Origin: Lytechinus pictus
Taxonomy: Eukaryota
DNA length: 64,000 nt
Reading direction: 5' to 3'
Assembly: GCF_037042905.1 (NCBI RefSeq)
Contig: NC_087246.1
Location: 1,614,001 to 1,678,000 of the forward strand
Under the pieces are notes generated by a model. The model searched no databases and was not told the DNA's origin. It saw only the letters and a program-made list of their open reading frames with translations. Shown one piece after another: positions 1 through 14,584 of the stretch. Both the position numbers and the translations under genes were made by a program. The first letter of the stretch is position 1. Each line of letters starts with the position of its first letter.

Positions 1-450
1 TGTTCTCGTAATTTAAAGGGAATTCTTGTGATCGAGGCGGTTTGAAACCACCTAATGTGTCTCCCTTTTATACATATGTTCAAAGAGCCCTTTCCCTATC
101 TGCCCCTGTAGTACTTTGGAATTCTCTACCATTGAACTACACCATCCTTCTCTATATTTAAATCTATTCTTAAAACTCACTTATTTTCAAAATAATGTTT
201 ATAAACTTCAATACAGTATGTTGTTAAATATTGTAACTTTTTATTAATTATGCAACTTTTATGTATTGGTTTAATTTAAGTTCAAATTTGTATGACATGT
301 TTTAGGTTTAAGGTTTAGGTTTATTGGATAATTTAAATTAGGTTTAATGTATAATTTAGTTTATTAAAGTCAATATACATGTATTTTGTAAAGCACATAG
401 AGAGAGTCTTTTGACTATTATCTGCTATAAAAATTTCAAATATTATTATA
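1..450 (+). mobile_element. Decayed LINE (L2/CR1) 3' end
   Basis: Frameshifted remnants resembling RA...AP..LWNSLP...LKTHLF at about 80-190; tail gtaaagcacatagag...ctataaaaa...tattatta at about 388-450. Confidence 0.5.
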
Positions 451-1634
451 AGTTGCAGCAATGAATACCTTGCTCTTGAAGTCAGTTGTCAATTCATTTC
501 TTTTCTTTTTTTTCATTTTTGGTGTACAAAATTTGAATAAATATAATTTCAAATACTAAAATACAAAAGAATAAGTAGGGACTGTATATCTAGAAACTTA
601 AGATTCTTTGTTGACTCCATTCACATAATTTTTGTAGTTGTTTATAGAAATATATCCAAAGGAACTGTTGCTGCATTAGTGCCATGAGCGGATCTGGATG
701 CGCTCAATAAAGACATCAACATTATTATCATTATTATTATTATATGACACCAGCTCATTGCATATTTGTGAAGACATTCACTGTTCTAATGTAGAGCTTC
801 TAAGTTCTAACTTTGCTATTTCTTATACAATTTTGATTGAATTTTCAGTTTTTCTTTGTCTTGTCTGATGTTACTTTTATCATTTTCAGCCGAATTACCC
901 CTTTAATTTGTATAAAAAATACAAAAGGAAAAAAATAAAAACCTACAGTGTATGTGTATAAAATTCTAATTAAGTCTCTTTGGTGATTTCATTTTTATTC
1001 AAATACCTGAGCATATTTCTTAAACTAGCATTCTTGTAATAAGAGAATGTAGGCATATAAATGAACGAGGTCCTTACCAACAACAACACAACCACATATT
1101 CTGACAACAACCAAACCTTCCAGGCATCATGCACTTTGGAGTTTACATAGTACAGCACAGAAAGTAGAAATATAACCTAGTCAAATATTGACACAGCTCA
1201 GAACTCCTCAGACTTCAGAATGGCTTCTTTGACTAGAGTTAAGAGACATGAACAGGTTGTGTTCACACGAGACTCTCAAGCTCTATTATGTCTATCTTAT
1301 GTTTCATTGGCTGGATGGATGTTTTACACCCACAGATACATTATAAATTTGATTCAGTGAGTCACTGAATGAACTTCAGTTTTATACTTGCAACACTAAC
1401 ATTTGCTGTGACATGAAAACGTCATGATCGCATGTGCAGAGCTCTACAAATCGACTGTAATCAATCTGATCTAGGTGTACTGTAAAGGATCATAGAATCA
1501 TGTTAACTGTGCATTTGACATTGATAGGATGCATTGTAGCAAACAGTTTTCATCCTAAAATCATGAATTCCAGCAACGTTAAGTTTAAAAGATTTCTACA
1601 GATCCCAATCATGATTCTAAATTTCTTACCCATC

Positions 1635-2117
1635 TTAAAGGGGAAGTTCACCCTTAAGAAAAGTATAATGTGAAAACAGCAGAAAAAGTAATAAAAAATA
1701 TTGGTGAAGATTTGAGGAAAATCCATTAAAGATTATTAAAGAAAGTTATTGGAATTTCAAGTTTTGGATTTGTGACATCTTAAACCAACAGCTGCCCCAT
1801 ACATGTATATTATGTAATATAAAATGAATAAATTTCAAGTTTTTAATGGTTCGCAATGACTAATTTATGTTTTCTTTTAGGAACGGGTGTGAAATGATTT
1901 GTCCATTATTATACTGAGGTACAGTAAAAACCATGTTTTATTTTCAGAGAAAATGACATGTAGGAAAGCTGCTCGCATACAGTGTATGACATCACAAATC
2001 AAATAAATAAAATTCTAATAATTTTTTATTCTTTGATGGATTTTTCTCAAACCTTCGGCAATATCTTTTATTGCTATTTTTACAATAAACTTTTTGCCAG
2101 GGTAAACTTCCCCTTTA
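1635..2117. mobile_element. Kolobok-like non-autonomous element (TTAA target, AGG terminus)
   Basis: TTAAAGGGGAAGTTCACCCT...AGGGTAAACTTCCCCTTTA with imperfect long inverted arms. Confidence 0.7.
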
Positions 2118-2480
2118 TAAAGAACATGAGCTTGAGCTCACACTTCTAGACGATACACAATCTCAAGACAGATACTAAAGTCCAGAGGTCAAAGAGGAGT
2201 GTTTATACAATGACAATCACAGACTCCAACTCTGAAAATGGAAGTTTGTTTTTCCCATACACCTGACTCGAACAACTAACATTTCATGGGTAACAGACAG
2301 AGAAGAAACATTTCAAAACCTAAGCAATGTCAAACTTCAATTAATAGGCCTAAAAGTTTTCAAGAAAGAGTACATGACTACATGTATACCAGGCTGAACA
2401 GTATGTACAGTAATACCGCACTAACAACTTTCAGCACAAAAGACAATGCATAAAGTTGAAGCAAATTATTAGTGTCTGCA

Positions 2481-2713
2481 CAGTGGCGGATCCGGGAGCA
2501 CATCCAGCCAGTGCCCCCCCCCCCCCTTTTGAAAGGCAAAAAAATATTTTTCAATGGAATATGTCATGCATAGACCATCAGGAACCGCTTTTTTTTTGGC
2601 TTGTCAAATTTTTCCCAGAACAAATGACCTCGATTTGGTAGTGAAGACCTTTTTTTTTTTGGGGGGGGGGGTGTCAAAATTTACCCCCCCTTAAAAATCC
2701 TGGATCCACCCCG
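2481..2713. mobile_element. Short hAT-like MITE
   Basis: CAGTGGCGGATCC...GGATCCACCCCG with GTCTGCA(C) duplicated on the flanks; poly-C and poly-G tracts inside. Confidence 0.7.
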
Positions 2714-5700
2714 TCTGCACAACTGTAACTTTGCAAAAGTACATTTTTATAATGTACATGTATGTAGTAGACGGTAGACCATACTAAAAGTTCAAAGGAA
2801 TTCTACAGTATTGGATGATTCATGCTGACCTGAAATTATTGATCTACAATGTACATGTACACTGTTGCTGAATAAATGTTTAACAAGGTTGATAAAAACC
2901 TGTAATGTGAGACACGCCCACTTTAGGCCCATTCCCTTGAAATGGAGTGTACTTTTAAGGGATTATATGCTTCAATTAATATGTATTTGCTGAGCAATTT
3001 AAAATTCCATAAATGTTCAGCATGTAATTTCACAAAGCAAATAGAATCGAAACTTGGATCTCAAACAAGTAAATTATTGGCTTTAATATCTGGAGCATGA
3101 AATTGCCAAGGTATATCATATTTTATCTTTTTTCCCCTTTATACTTATTTGAAATCAACATGTACAACAAGAGAGGGTAGTACATACTTGTACCTGTACA
3201 GTAATAGCCCATTACTATATTACAATCTGACAAATTCACAGATTCATCATCTCATTCATGGTCTTTTTACTTAGGTTATTATCCTAACATTATTGAAATT
3301 ATAAATTTATACATTACCTCCCCAGAGCAAGCTCTTCTCAAGGTGAGTGACACACTTGCTCTGGGCTTAGTTACATGTAGTAGAGTTACATGTAGGATAA
3401 GGGTTGCAATAAGGTATTTTGTACATGTGTGTAGGTTTGGGGTAAGATATCATATGCATGTAGTGTCAGTTTTAAATCCAGGGTTGAAGTTAGTCATTCA
3501 ATTACAGTAGTGAGTGGACTCAGAGCAATTGTCACCAGGCAAATGGCATGGAACCGCTTCATAACACACTACAATGTCCACATATTCATTCAATGTTTAT
3601 GTATTATGTCTAGTATACAATAGACAGGCAGAGACATCATAAACTACATGTACACAAATAACAAGTTACTTGATATACACTGTACATGTACATGTAGGCC
3701 TATACCAACATGTACAATGTAAATGTCAACATTTCAACAGAAATGATGTGGTTGGACGAATTACTGATAATCTTAGTTTCATAATAATTACATATATCCA
3801 AAGTGAAACTCACAGGTGGTTTAGATGAGAAACCTTGCGGTGAATTATGATCTGTTTCCAGTAATCCTGACATTACAATTTACCAACAATGATACAGTAT
3901 GTGCATGACTACATGTACTCCAGTGTACTGTAAACAGGCCTACAATCAACAAACTACATGTACATGTAAATATCGGGCAGGCATACATGTTTCAATAAAA
4001 TCAAACATCAAAATTGTTATAAAAAATGTGAGAAATACTTTTTTGAACTCAAAACAGGTCCTATACATGTAGGCCTGCCTAACAAAATTTTTACTTTGAA
4101 ACTTTTTTGGGGGTCGGCTGTCTTCACAAGTATTAAAAAGACTTTTAATTTAATGGAAATTCTGATAACATATTTCTTTCAATTAAATGTGCATTCAATT
4201 GAATCATCAGCAATATTAATACAGTGTAGGCTTACCAGGTAAAAGAAAATACTATAATCAAGATAGATCAAAAATATTTCCATTTCAATATCATTGGGTT
4301 GGGTTTTTTTTTCTTCGAACACAGTAACCTGTCACTGATAACATTTCCCACATCCCTATTCTATCAAATCAAAGAATACAATGAACTAGTTATTTAGAGA
4401 AATACAGCAAATGAATATATAGACTTGAAAAAAATAAATAACAGAAAGGATTAGAATAGATGTACATGTATCATCTAGGCCCCAAAAATAGCAAGAAGCT
4501 AGACAGTGTAGGAGATTACATGTTCATGTACACAGGTAGCTTTACTGTTGTTTAGATGAAGAGCTTGTTAGGAGGATTTAATCAATCATGTTGCTGCTCA
4601 ACTGAGAGAAAATAAACTTGCCTGTCTGTCCAATAGAGAACTGGGAAATGTCAATCAAAGTTCATGCGCTCTGGAAATGTGTTATGATTTCATGATATGA
4701 GTAAGAACTATTCTAGACTTCAGCCATTTCAAGAAATGGAACAATTTGGGCTAATGAATGCTACGTATAAAGCAGAGTGCCTTATAATGCTTTTTGCGAT
4801 ACATGTAATGTACATGTACCTTTCCCACAGATGATCTGCTACAACTTCATACTTTCTGCAGACTTTAATTTTTCCCAATTCGAGATCCCGGTTTTTATAA
4901 AGTGCAGACCTACATCAAAAAGTACATGTAAAACACAACTGCAGTCCTAATCCTAATCCCAATCTCCTTCTCAAACATATGATGTATCAAAGAAGTTAAC
5001 CAGATGAATGGGGTAACTTTTCTTTTCCCCCTTTTAAAAACTAAGAGATATTTTTAAGACATCAAGATAAAATACTCTGAAAGATAATCAAGTTGTCTTG
5101 CCCAAGCCTAATACTGAAAAGTGCAAATGTTCATTTCAGTATCAGTGTGGAAAATTATATAATAATTTACCTCTATACATTCAAAAACGTAACAACTTTT
5201 ATAAAATAGAAGTTTTGCAAATAACCGGTAAAATGTAATGATGGTTTCATGTTAGGACTGTTTGGCGGGGCGGGGGGGGGGGGGGGGGGGGGTTAACGTG
5301 ATCTTGCACCGCAAGTTCATCAATTCTTTTACACGTTTATATTAATTTGTTATATATGTATTTATTAGTAATTTTTTCATATTATAATGTTGATTTAATC
5401 AATTTATCTTTAGGGACCCTGGGGAATGACAGGTTGGCTATTAAACGGGTCTATACTTGCGATATATAATTTTGTATTACATGCATTGTTAAGTTTAATT
5501 ACTGTAATGTTGTATAGGCCTAAACAATTATGTGATCATGTAATGTTTATTTTGTATATATATATGTATCTTTTTTAAATCGTGAATTAAACAAAACAAA
5601 ACAAAACTCTTTCAGATTGAAACTTTCCCTGTATAAGTCTTTATACCCAGATAGCTCTGTCATTGGTTTGAACATGTACATGTAGCTATCTTATGATTAG

Positions 5701-5721
5701 AAATGATTAGAAAATACTCAC

Positions 5722-8082
5722 ATTGACAAATGATTTAGCATAGCAGATGTGAAGCCTGTAGTTGGAGAGTACAATGACAGCACCATCAGAGGCCTCTCCA
5801 ATGAACTCTATACTCTCTCCACACAGTTCAGGGAAGGGGCATTCTAAAGCTGGGTTATCCTTATGGAGAGGGCGCTTTGGGAACGCTTCACTAGGGTTGA
5901 CATGGACCAAGCTGTCCAATTCTTCTAATGGCTCAGCCTTCAACAAAGAAAATAAAAAGCAACAAATAGACAACCTTGTTTTATCACATGGATAATGCCT
6001 ACAAAATACATGTATTTTATTTATTTATTTATTAAACAATATTTCAATAGGGTGCCCTTTCAGCAAAAGCTGGTATCAAAAGGGGCCCTAAAAGCATAAA
6101 AACAAGACATGTATATACAAGTGGTAAAACATACAAGGTAAAACAAGGTAAAAACATTATATAAATCATACATATTAGAACACAGAAAGGCATGCAAAAT
6201 TGAGTTATTAAAATATTTATGGCACAGGAAACATTGACATTTTAACATTTGTTGGACATTATATATGATTTGAGTTCTTTTTTAAAACTAGAGAGGGTGG
6301 ATAGGGTTTTTAAATGAAGGGGTAAGGAATTAAACATTGATATTGAGGAAATAATGAATGAGCATTTATAGTATATTTAGAATATTTATAGTATTCAACA
6401 GTACAATTCAACATCATCTGCATCATTTGCTGCACAGTTAGTGGTGTATTATCAATGATTACAAACTTAAAAATCTCAGAAGTCTAGAACTATTACACAA
6501 AAAGTGTATTTTTTAACAACGTAAAGGTATGCATGCAGGTATTAAATGATTTCTCTCTTACATGAAGTCAAGCTTTTGATTCATCTACAAATTTTGATTT
6601 AGGCTACAGTATTAGGGTGTGTTTACTTAATAGTTTAATGTTGATTTTCAAATTTCAAATTTAAATAGCAAGAAGAATTATGATTGAAAACTCAATTCCA
6701 AAACACCATACACAAACACGATCAGCGGTGCACCATTCAGTGTCGAAAATTTCAAGCCGTTTTATGTTCATCGTCTTTAAATTTCCCGCTTTCGTTTATA
6801 GCGACCCATCACAAGAAAGGTAAGTTCTGGCACCTGTTTGTATAGGCTTCCATTACGAGAGCAAATTTAAAGACGTTGTGTTCAATGTCGCATTCGTGAT
6901 GCTCAAGGTCGTAAATTTGAGCTGATCGCATTTACAAACGCATCTTTTTCGACGTTTGAATTTTCCTCTGAATCGTGATTTGTAAGACGTTTACTTTACG
7001 ACCGGGAATATTGGACATTGAACACACCCTTTGTTTCTCATTACCAGGTATATCTGCGTTTTGTAATCACGTTTTCAATCATGATCCATGTTGCCGTTTA
7101 AATTTTGAAACCGACATTGAACACACCCTTACTTCAATTCATTCATGTTCCTACAAAGTGAACAGATGTACTGTGCCTAAAATTCAATTCCAAGTCACGT
7201 ACTATACATTTACTGTGCACAGTGACTTGCAAATTATCCCTTAGAATGAACTCTTTACTGAACAAATGAATTTAAATAACAATTTGCAAATAGTGGAACC
7301 CACATCAAAGCATCCGCTGGAAACAGAATCCAAGGGAAACATGTTTGTACTATTATAATGAAAATTATGTCCCTCCATTTGCAAGTTTAGAATGAAATTA
7401 GGTCAGAATGGGTCAATAAGTCATTTCTACTGAACAGGATTAATGTAGTTATTTCCTGATCAAACTTCCTTCATACAATGTATCTGATGCTTTTTATATC
7501 CCTGAAATCAAAACTTTGCCTCGGACTTTGAAGAGGAAATAAACAAGGCCTTACATCCCTAGATTAGGAAGTATAGGAATTTTCAGGTACAAAAAAGCAC
7601 ACTAAAAATGGACCTAGATTTCACATTTTTAATCCCATTCTTTTCTCTTTTTTTCAATCTAGTTTATTGAATGTCATTCACTTTTTTTTTCATTGATACA
7701 ATAAAAGATTTTTTATCACAAGAATCAAAAGACGCTTCTTGACTTTTACATGTAGAACATTGACATGTAAATGTACACATGTAGGATTAAACAGTATTTA
7801 TAAGTACTACTAATACTGTATAAAGGCCGGAGTCTTGTCAGATTTGTTTTGTTTCGAAATTTGCTGGTGATAAAGTTAAGATATAATGAATACCGCAAGT
7901 TTCACTCTCAGATAAATTATTAAAAATCATCATGAATTTCATACATGTACATGTATGCTCCTATTACTTTTTTCAACAGAACACTAGAATGGGGATAGAT
8001 TACCAGAATCTGATCATATCAGACATATTCCGGTATGCCATCCATTCCAACACAAGATATATTAGTATATATTACTTACCAT
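5722..8082 (-). CDS. MTMR3: Myotubularin-related protein 3/4-like phosphoinositide phosphatase, 5' partial (ATG at 8082-8080 spliced to exon 5937-5722; gene continues past the left edge)
   Basis: Exon 5937-5722 (aag acceptor, gtgagt donor, 72 codons) encodes AEPLEELDSLVHVNPSEAFPKRPLHKDNPALECPFPELCGESIEFIGEASDGAVIVLSNYRLHICYAKSFVN, matching the MTMR3/4 N-terminal PH-GRAM start (FP.L.GES.EF.G.A.D...LSNYRLHI...S.VN). The upstream exon ends in ATG|gtaagt at 8080, in phase 0. MTMR3 and MTMR4 cannot be told apart here. Confidence 0.85.
6615..7128. mobile_element. Harbinger-like MITE in an MTMR3/4 intron
   Basis: TTA|GGGTGTGTTT...GAACACACCC|TTA; GACATTGAACACACCCTT occurs twice; interior is CpG-rich. 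Confidence 0.55.
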
Positions 8083-8685
8083 AACACTGTGAGTTATCTC
8101 TGCAAAGTATCAAGGCAAAGCGTTCAGAATATCAAGCCTTAAAAAAATAATCCTCCTTTGAAGAAAGTCTTTGACTTGGTTCGAGATACTGAGAGAAGCA
8201 ATTGTTGAGTTCAATAAAATTCCTTGGAATATGATGGCAGGACCTGTACATATATGAAGTTCAAGTTCACTCAAAGCAATGCATGGCATCCCTGGTGAAA
8301 ACTGTGTGAATATGACAATTCACTTGTCTCTTATCAAACTTGTAAGGCCTATAAAACAGATTATCAAAGAGGAAGGGTGCAGACAAATTCTGCACCCTTT
8401 TTTTTCTCTAGCTATTTCTTTTTGCAAGATTACAGCCAACCTTCTCTATGATAAAGTTTCAAGTGCAAAGTTTATTCCAACAGCCACTGGTTTAGAATTC
8501 AGAGAGGTATGAATGTATTCCACAAAGTGTGAACACAACTTGCAGTGAGGCAGGTATCCAGTTCAGGATTGCTGAGTGATCTTTTCCCTCAGGCAGGCTT
8601 GTTTACACTGGGTGGTAATCCTGCCTTGGCTGGCGTTAGCCCAGCAAGGAGGTAGACGAAGCTGGTTTTAAGAAAGTCTCAATAC
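8080..8685 (-). other. Probable 5'UTR exon of MTMR3/4 ending in the start ATG
   Basis: Acceptor cctattcag at 8686-8687 (alternative tgtacag near 8244) and strong donor ATG|gtaagt. All three frames close shortly after the 8685 acceptor. Confidence 0.5.
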
Positions 8686-11600
8686 CTGAATAGGATGATG
8701 ATATAAACATGAAATATTCAGTTCCTTTTGATAATTTATACTGAAACTGTCTGACAATTGTATAAACAAAGTATCATCTTGATTTTTTCATAATGTACAT
8801 GAAATGCATCAAGAAGGGGAAAAAATGGAGATTATAATGATGGAGAAAAAAGTAAATTTCACAAGTACATGTACTGTACATACAAGTTTCTCTCACATTC
8901 AGTTTTCCTTTCCTTGGTCAGCAGTTTTATATCAAGCAATGTCTCCTCACTGTAATGTAATGTACATTTAGTCTACATTGCACAGGAATGATCTCTCATG
9001 CCAACCTACAGACATGCAATTAGGCTACTCCAATTTTTTTTTTTTTTTTAATTCTGGACTTTGGATACACATCCATCCTCTTTTCTTTTTCCCCCCTTTT
9101 TGAATGTAATACATGTACATGTACAAAGTAGGGTGAAAAGTTTTTCGGATCACATTAAGCAAAGAGGAGATGACTTTAATATGCACCTGTATCATATTAT
9201 TATTAATGCAAACTACAGACCCTGAAATCCCAGTCCATGCTGAAATCAATGACTATCTGACAAAAGAGATTACCTCCTTGATCAGACAAAAGAGCATGCT
9301 GGAGACTGGTAATAGTAGACTACATGTACCAGACAAAACTGTATCAATACAAGGCTATGTCATCAATCACAATGCCTAGTGACCATCAGCTGAGGTAGTA
9401 TATCATCAATCAAAATACCTTCTTAGTTCATACATATGTAATATCAAATATACACGTCTTCTTCTTCAGGCTTCATACATATCAGGTATTCACTGCAGTA
9501 CATGTATATTGAGACATTGTTTTTATTTGAAAGTAGGTCATCCTTCATTGTTTACATGCTGACGACTTCTACATTCATCAATGTTTCCTTCACAGTCATT
9601 CAAGACTGTTATTACAGTGAAAGTCAAATTTCTTGTAAAAATTTGCTACAAATGTACCAATTTATAAAGCTTTTAAAACTACTCCAATATGATTATAAGA
9701 ACCACTAAGAAGACATTATATGCCAACGTACCAGCAAAAGCACTTTGTTGTCACACATTGAGTTTAATGCCTTGTATCAGATATGTACATGTAGACGTGA
9801 TTACACTTCAATTGTATGCATGTACATACACGGATGTACATCCTTGAATTATTATTTTCATCAAAATATTCAAAATATCTTCAATATGTTGGGGTTATTT
9901 CAGAAAAACAAATTATAGGTCCTACAAATTTGTGTAGGTATCCATGCCAAAAAATACCCCCCACAACAGTCTTTCATTGCATGTGCATGTACATGTAGGA
10001 TTGTAGGGCCTACATGTATGTAAAGTGCATGGACACTGTACAGTGTACATGTACATACATGTAACAATGACTATAGGCCCCCCCCAAAAAAAAAAAAAAA
10101 AAATACTGGTAATAATAAAAAATAAATAAATTCAACCAAAAAAAAATGAATATAAAAAAATATTAAAAAAAAAAAAAAAAATCCTTTACTAATATTCAAT
10201 TACATGTACGATGAAAAAGATTAATATTCTATATCAAATTCAAACTGTATGCAAAAGAAAATCATACAGGCCTTTGAATAGTAATGTAGAATAGATTCTT
10301 TACCTGTACCGCTATTCTAACTTTGATTTTAGTACCGTATGTCCTATTAATGCAGTACATGAATTTGTAGATCCATTCCAGAAGTGGTAAATGTGCAATG
10401 CATATTAGAACCTGTTACAATTTCAAATGGTCTGTACATGTATCATCACTTCCTCAAACTTTGAAATATTATGAAGTATTAATAGACTTCCCAAACGTTT
10501 ATACAACCTTTGTACAAAGCGCAGAAAAATTACCCCTGGGGATTCCCCAGCTTGTGTGACATGAACAAGACATGTACATGAGGGCTTACATGTATGTAAA
10601 CAAATCATCATCATCATCATCATTACTTCTTCTAAAAAAAATCCCTTTAAGTTTAAACAAATTAATATTAAAATTAAACAACTAAAAGGGTGGATTTTTA
10701 CACCTTTTTTTTTTGGGGGGGGGCTGCATGTTCAACCCAGATTGCAGTGCACAATATGCACATGCTACAATGAGTGAACCCAAACTTGAAACATATTTTC
10801 TTTATTTCTTTGAAGCTCTCACTGAAGATCTTCTTCATATTGATGTACCGGTACTTCATACTTACATGTACAGGTATGTAGGCTATTGTTGAATAATTTG
10901 ATAACAGAGACATTAAAGCTTGAGATCTGTTTTTCAAAGCTTAAAAATGAAATCTCATTTTGGGTAACTTATTGTGGGTTTTTAGGTGGAAGGTCACATT
11001 GTTTTGTAGAATAATTTTTATTTGGTAGGGGATTCCCCCAAATTGCACAGACCACACAGTGAAATGCAGTGTGTATTAATATGTATGTATATGTACTATA
11101 CATTAAGTTTGCATAATGCAATACCCTTGTCCATCTGCACTTTTGAACAGATCATGGTGTCTGTTGACAGCTCCCTTCACAAAAAAAGAAAAACCTTCCA
11201 AGTAGTCCTAAATGTATTAGCTTCTTTTGCCAATGCCAAATGCCAAATTTAATAACTTTTAAATTACAAGAAATACCTACTGTCTTTTAAATCATATGTA
11301 TAGTAAAAGCTCAGACATAAAGTACATGTTCACATAAAACAAGTGATCAAAATCACAAATTCATAAGCTTCAAACACTGCATGACATTTACACATTTACA
11401 ATGTAGTGATATCTCAAGACCAAATTAAACTTGTGATCTGTGAAGATTTCACAACATTGTATGCCTTTTCACCTTGCAAGCTCTTACATGTACCGGTAGC
11501 TCTAATTTAAAGATTTTTTTCTGTGAAGTGCCTCCATTATTATCAGATCAATAAAACTGGTAAATGAAATCCTCCTTGAAGCCAAGCAGCACTACAAAAA

Positions 11601-13261
11601 TAACTTAACAAGATAATATGAAGATGCAACTAATAAAATTGTATGCTGAAGAATTACATTGTAACTTATCTTGTTCTGAGTTGTAATCATGCAATGATTG
11701 AAATCATGTATAATATGGTGTTGAAGTTCATACATGATTTTAAATTAGTAACTCACAGTAACTCACAGAAAACAGAAATTGAAGAGAAAACAAAAACATA
11801 ATATTCATTTTGTATAGAATTTAAGGCCTTGATTTCTAGCACATATACATGTACATACACATGTACTGTATGTAGGGCCAACAGCCCAAAAACAAAAACA
11901 ATCTACATGTACATGTAATATATCCAGGCCTATATCTAGATACTACATGGACACTACAAGGATGTTACTAAGTCACTTAGAATGAAGAAGTCTTGAACTT
12001 CATGTACAAATGCACCTTTTTTACACAAATATTAAAAAAGTTACATGGAAGGATACATATTTTATTTTTTTTAAAGAAATTCCTATCATCTAAAGAGTTA
12101 CATTCAAATTTTATGCAAGATCAAACATAAAATACTGGTAATGATTTTTTTTACCGGTAATTTAAAATTGAACATCACGAGTACTTGAGTAGTTTATCAA
12201 CACAATCAATTAGAATGACTCCTTCATCCATCATCTCTGAAATACATAAAAATACAGCCAGGCCAGCTGCCTACTACTTTGCCTAGTATTAATTTTAATC
12301 AAGTGTGATTGGGCCAGTATTCAATCTCCTGAACCTTTCCTGGAATTTGGAAAAGTAAAAATTTCGCGGAATTTCAAGATTCAAGAATTCTGGAAGTGGA
12401 AACATTGCCTGGACAATTGCGATTGAAACACATATTGACACGTTACAGTTGGAAAGCTTCTTTACAAAAGAAATTGAAAACAGGACTTCAGTTACAATAA
12501 AGAGAGCCTATACAGATCTACGATGTGGATTGAAATTAGACACTTCTCCTAGATCTGTAACTGTTTGTTTTAAAGTTAAACTTTTAAAGTGAAGACAGAA
12601 TCCAAAGCCAAGCCCAAGAAATGATTTCAAGACATTATTTACATGTAGGCCTAGATCTAGTTCCATGGCATGACCGACAGTGGTAGTAAAATTGTTAACA
12701 TTAGGCCTGGATCTACAGGGTTAAAACCTGATCTCATATCTGCACATGATGATGTTGTATTGTAATGTAAACTCCCAAATTCAAGACAACTATGAGTATG
12801 AATGATCATCATCACTCAGAAAATTTACAGAATGAAGCTGGAGTGGAGAAGGAACAAAAAATATTGCCAAGATTGGCAGAGCCTACTCCTATATCTCCTG
12901 CATAATTCTATAAAATGTCACAATGGAAACCAAACAAACAATATTGGGGACCAATATTTATTATTACCAACACAATGCCAGGGGGTGTGAGCGGGGTGGG
13001 GCAGATTTTGGTTTTGATTCTCTGATCGCTTCCATTCACAACATCAACAAAACACAACACAGATCTGATCTGTGTAAACCGCAGGCAGTAGAGCAAAGTA
13101 CGGTGAAGTCACCTGTGAATTTATTAAAATAAACACCTTTTTAGCACCTTAAAAGAAATATCTACCAGAATTTAAGTGAGAGTACATTGGAAACTATGCA
13201 TTTACATCATATAATTTTTCAAGAGTTCTATTCAAAGCGAAAAATTAATAGTTCAACTTAC

Positions 13262-13400
13262 CGATTTCCATCTACTTTTATCGACCAAACGGAATATGGC
13301 GGAAGGATGACCCGAGAGAGTGCTCAATTCATGCATACGTAAATTGTGCTAAGCATATTGGATCTTTACGAAAAGAACGGAGTACAGTCTCGTGAGAAAC
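13262..13400 (-). promoter_or_regulatory. Probable first exon and promoter of MTMR3/4
   Basis: Donor CG|gtaagt at about 13261, YY1-like CCGCCATATT (13293-13302), TCTCGTGAGA (13388-13397, one mismatch to TCTCGCGAGA), and a visible switch from CpG-poor to CpG-containing sequence. Confidence 0.5.
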
Positions 13401-13662
13401 AAAACTGTATTTATTATGATGCCCTCTTTTGTCGACTGTCGTGTTAATTCTATCGAAGTTGGAATTTCAATTGTTTTCAATTGTTTCTCATAATTTATTT
13501 TTTAAGAAAGGGGAAGGTGTTGCCGGGCTTGCTATTTGGCCCGTCTGATGTGCCGCTGGAGACTTCCTCCTGTGTTTCGTGCCGGGGTTTCGTGTTGTTC
13601 CCCCCCCCCCCCCCATCTTCTTTACTTTTGTTTAATTTTGTTTTGTTTTGTGCGTTGCTGAT

Positions 13663-13695
<33 letters not shown>

Positions 13696-13908
13696 GGGGG
13701 GGGTTAAGGTTGTTTATTTGTTTTGTTGTTTGTGTCATTTTGTTGTTTAGGTGTATGGTGTAGGGTTTCCTTATCCTTCAGGTGTATATTTTTACTTAAT
13801 TTAATTCATCCAGTACAAGGAAGTTATGAGTTTCATAGTACAAATCAGTTTGATTTCAAATAAAGATAATGAACGATGTTATGCCTACTAATGTACCGTA
13901 TATAGTCT

Positions 13909-14270
13909 ATAAGGACAAGTCCACCTCAACACAAAGTTTATTTGAATAAAAAGAGCAAAATTCAACAAGCATAACACTGAAAATTTCATCAAAATTGGAG
14001 TTAAAATAAGAACGCTATGACATGATTTCGTTAATAATTTCACAAAACAGTATGATACACATCCTGGTCAGTATCGGACTCTCTCATTTGCATATCACTG
14101 AGTTGTGCATTTTGTGAAAAATAAGCGAAGCTTCAAAATGGCATACATGTATAACTTTTTTATATTTTACATCCGATTTTGATGAAATGTCAGCGTAAGG
14201 CTTGCTTGATTTTTCTTTAGGCCTAATGATTCAAATCCACATTTTTGGGGGTCATGGACTTGATCTTTAA
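13909..14270. mobile_element. Kolobok-like non-autonomous element, related to 55819-56428
   Basis: AAGGACAAGTCCACC...TGGACTTGATCTTTAA; internal catatcactgagttgtgcat shared with 55819-56428. Confidence 0.65.
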
Positions 14271-14584
14271 TAGGCCTATTTCAAATTTATCAAGTCAAAT
14301 GAATGTTGAAACATCTACGGTATACATTAATATATATTTTATTTGTGTTATGTTACTCGAAAAAAAATTACGATATTGCATTGTTGTGTTGAATGAATTC
14401 AATAAAAAAAATCCTGCGCTGCACAGCGGCTGCCGGGCCCACTATTTTGGGCAAAGCAAATTTTCGGAGTATTTCATTTCATGTCTATTTCGAACGATGA
14501 AATAAGATATGGAATATGGAAATATGGATTAATATCTTAAAACAAGAAAACACAGCGGCGTTATGGAGAGGGGGAGGGGCTTAG

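Noticed and set aside
3815..3868. Possible minus-strand MTMR exon (cag...gtgagt)
   Set aside because: Translation does not resemble the expected next MTMR3/4 exon and there is no polypyrimidine tract.
5762..5995. 77-aa plus-strand ORF
   Set aside because: Antisense shadow of the MTMR3/4 exon. The same applies to 38257-38487, 41566-41862 and 44388-44699 opposite VPS53 exons.
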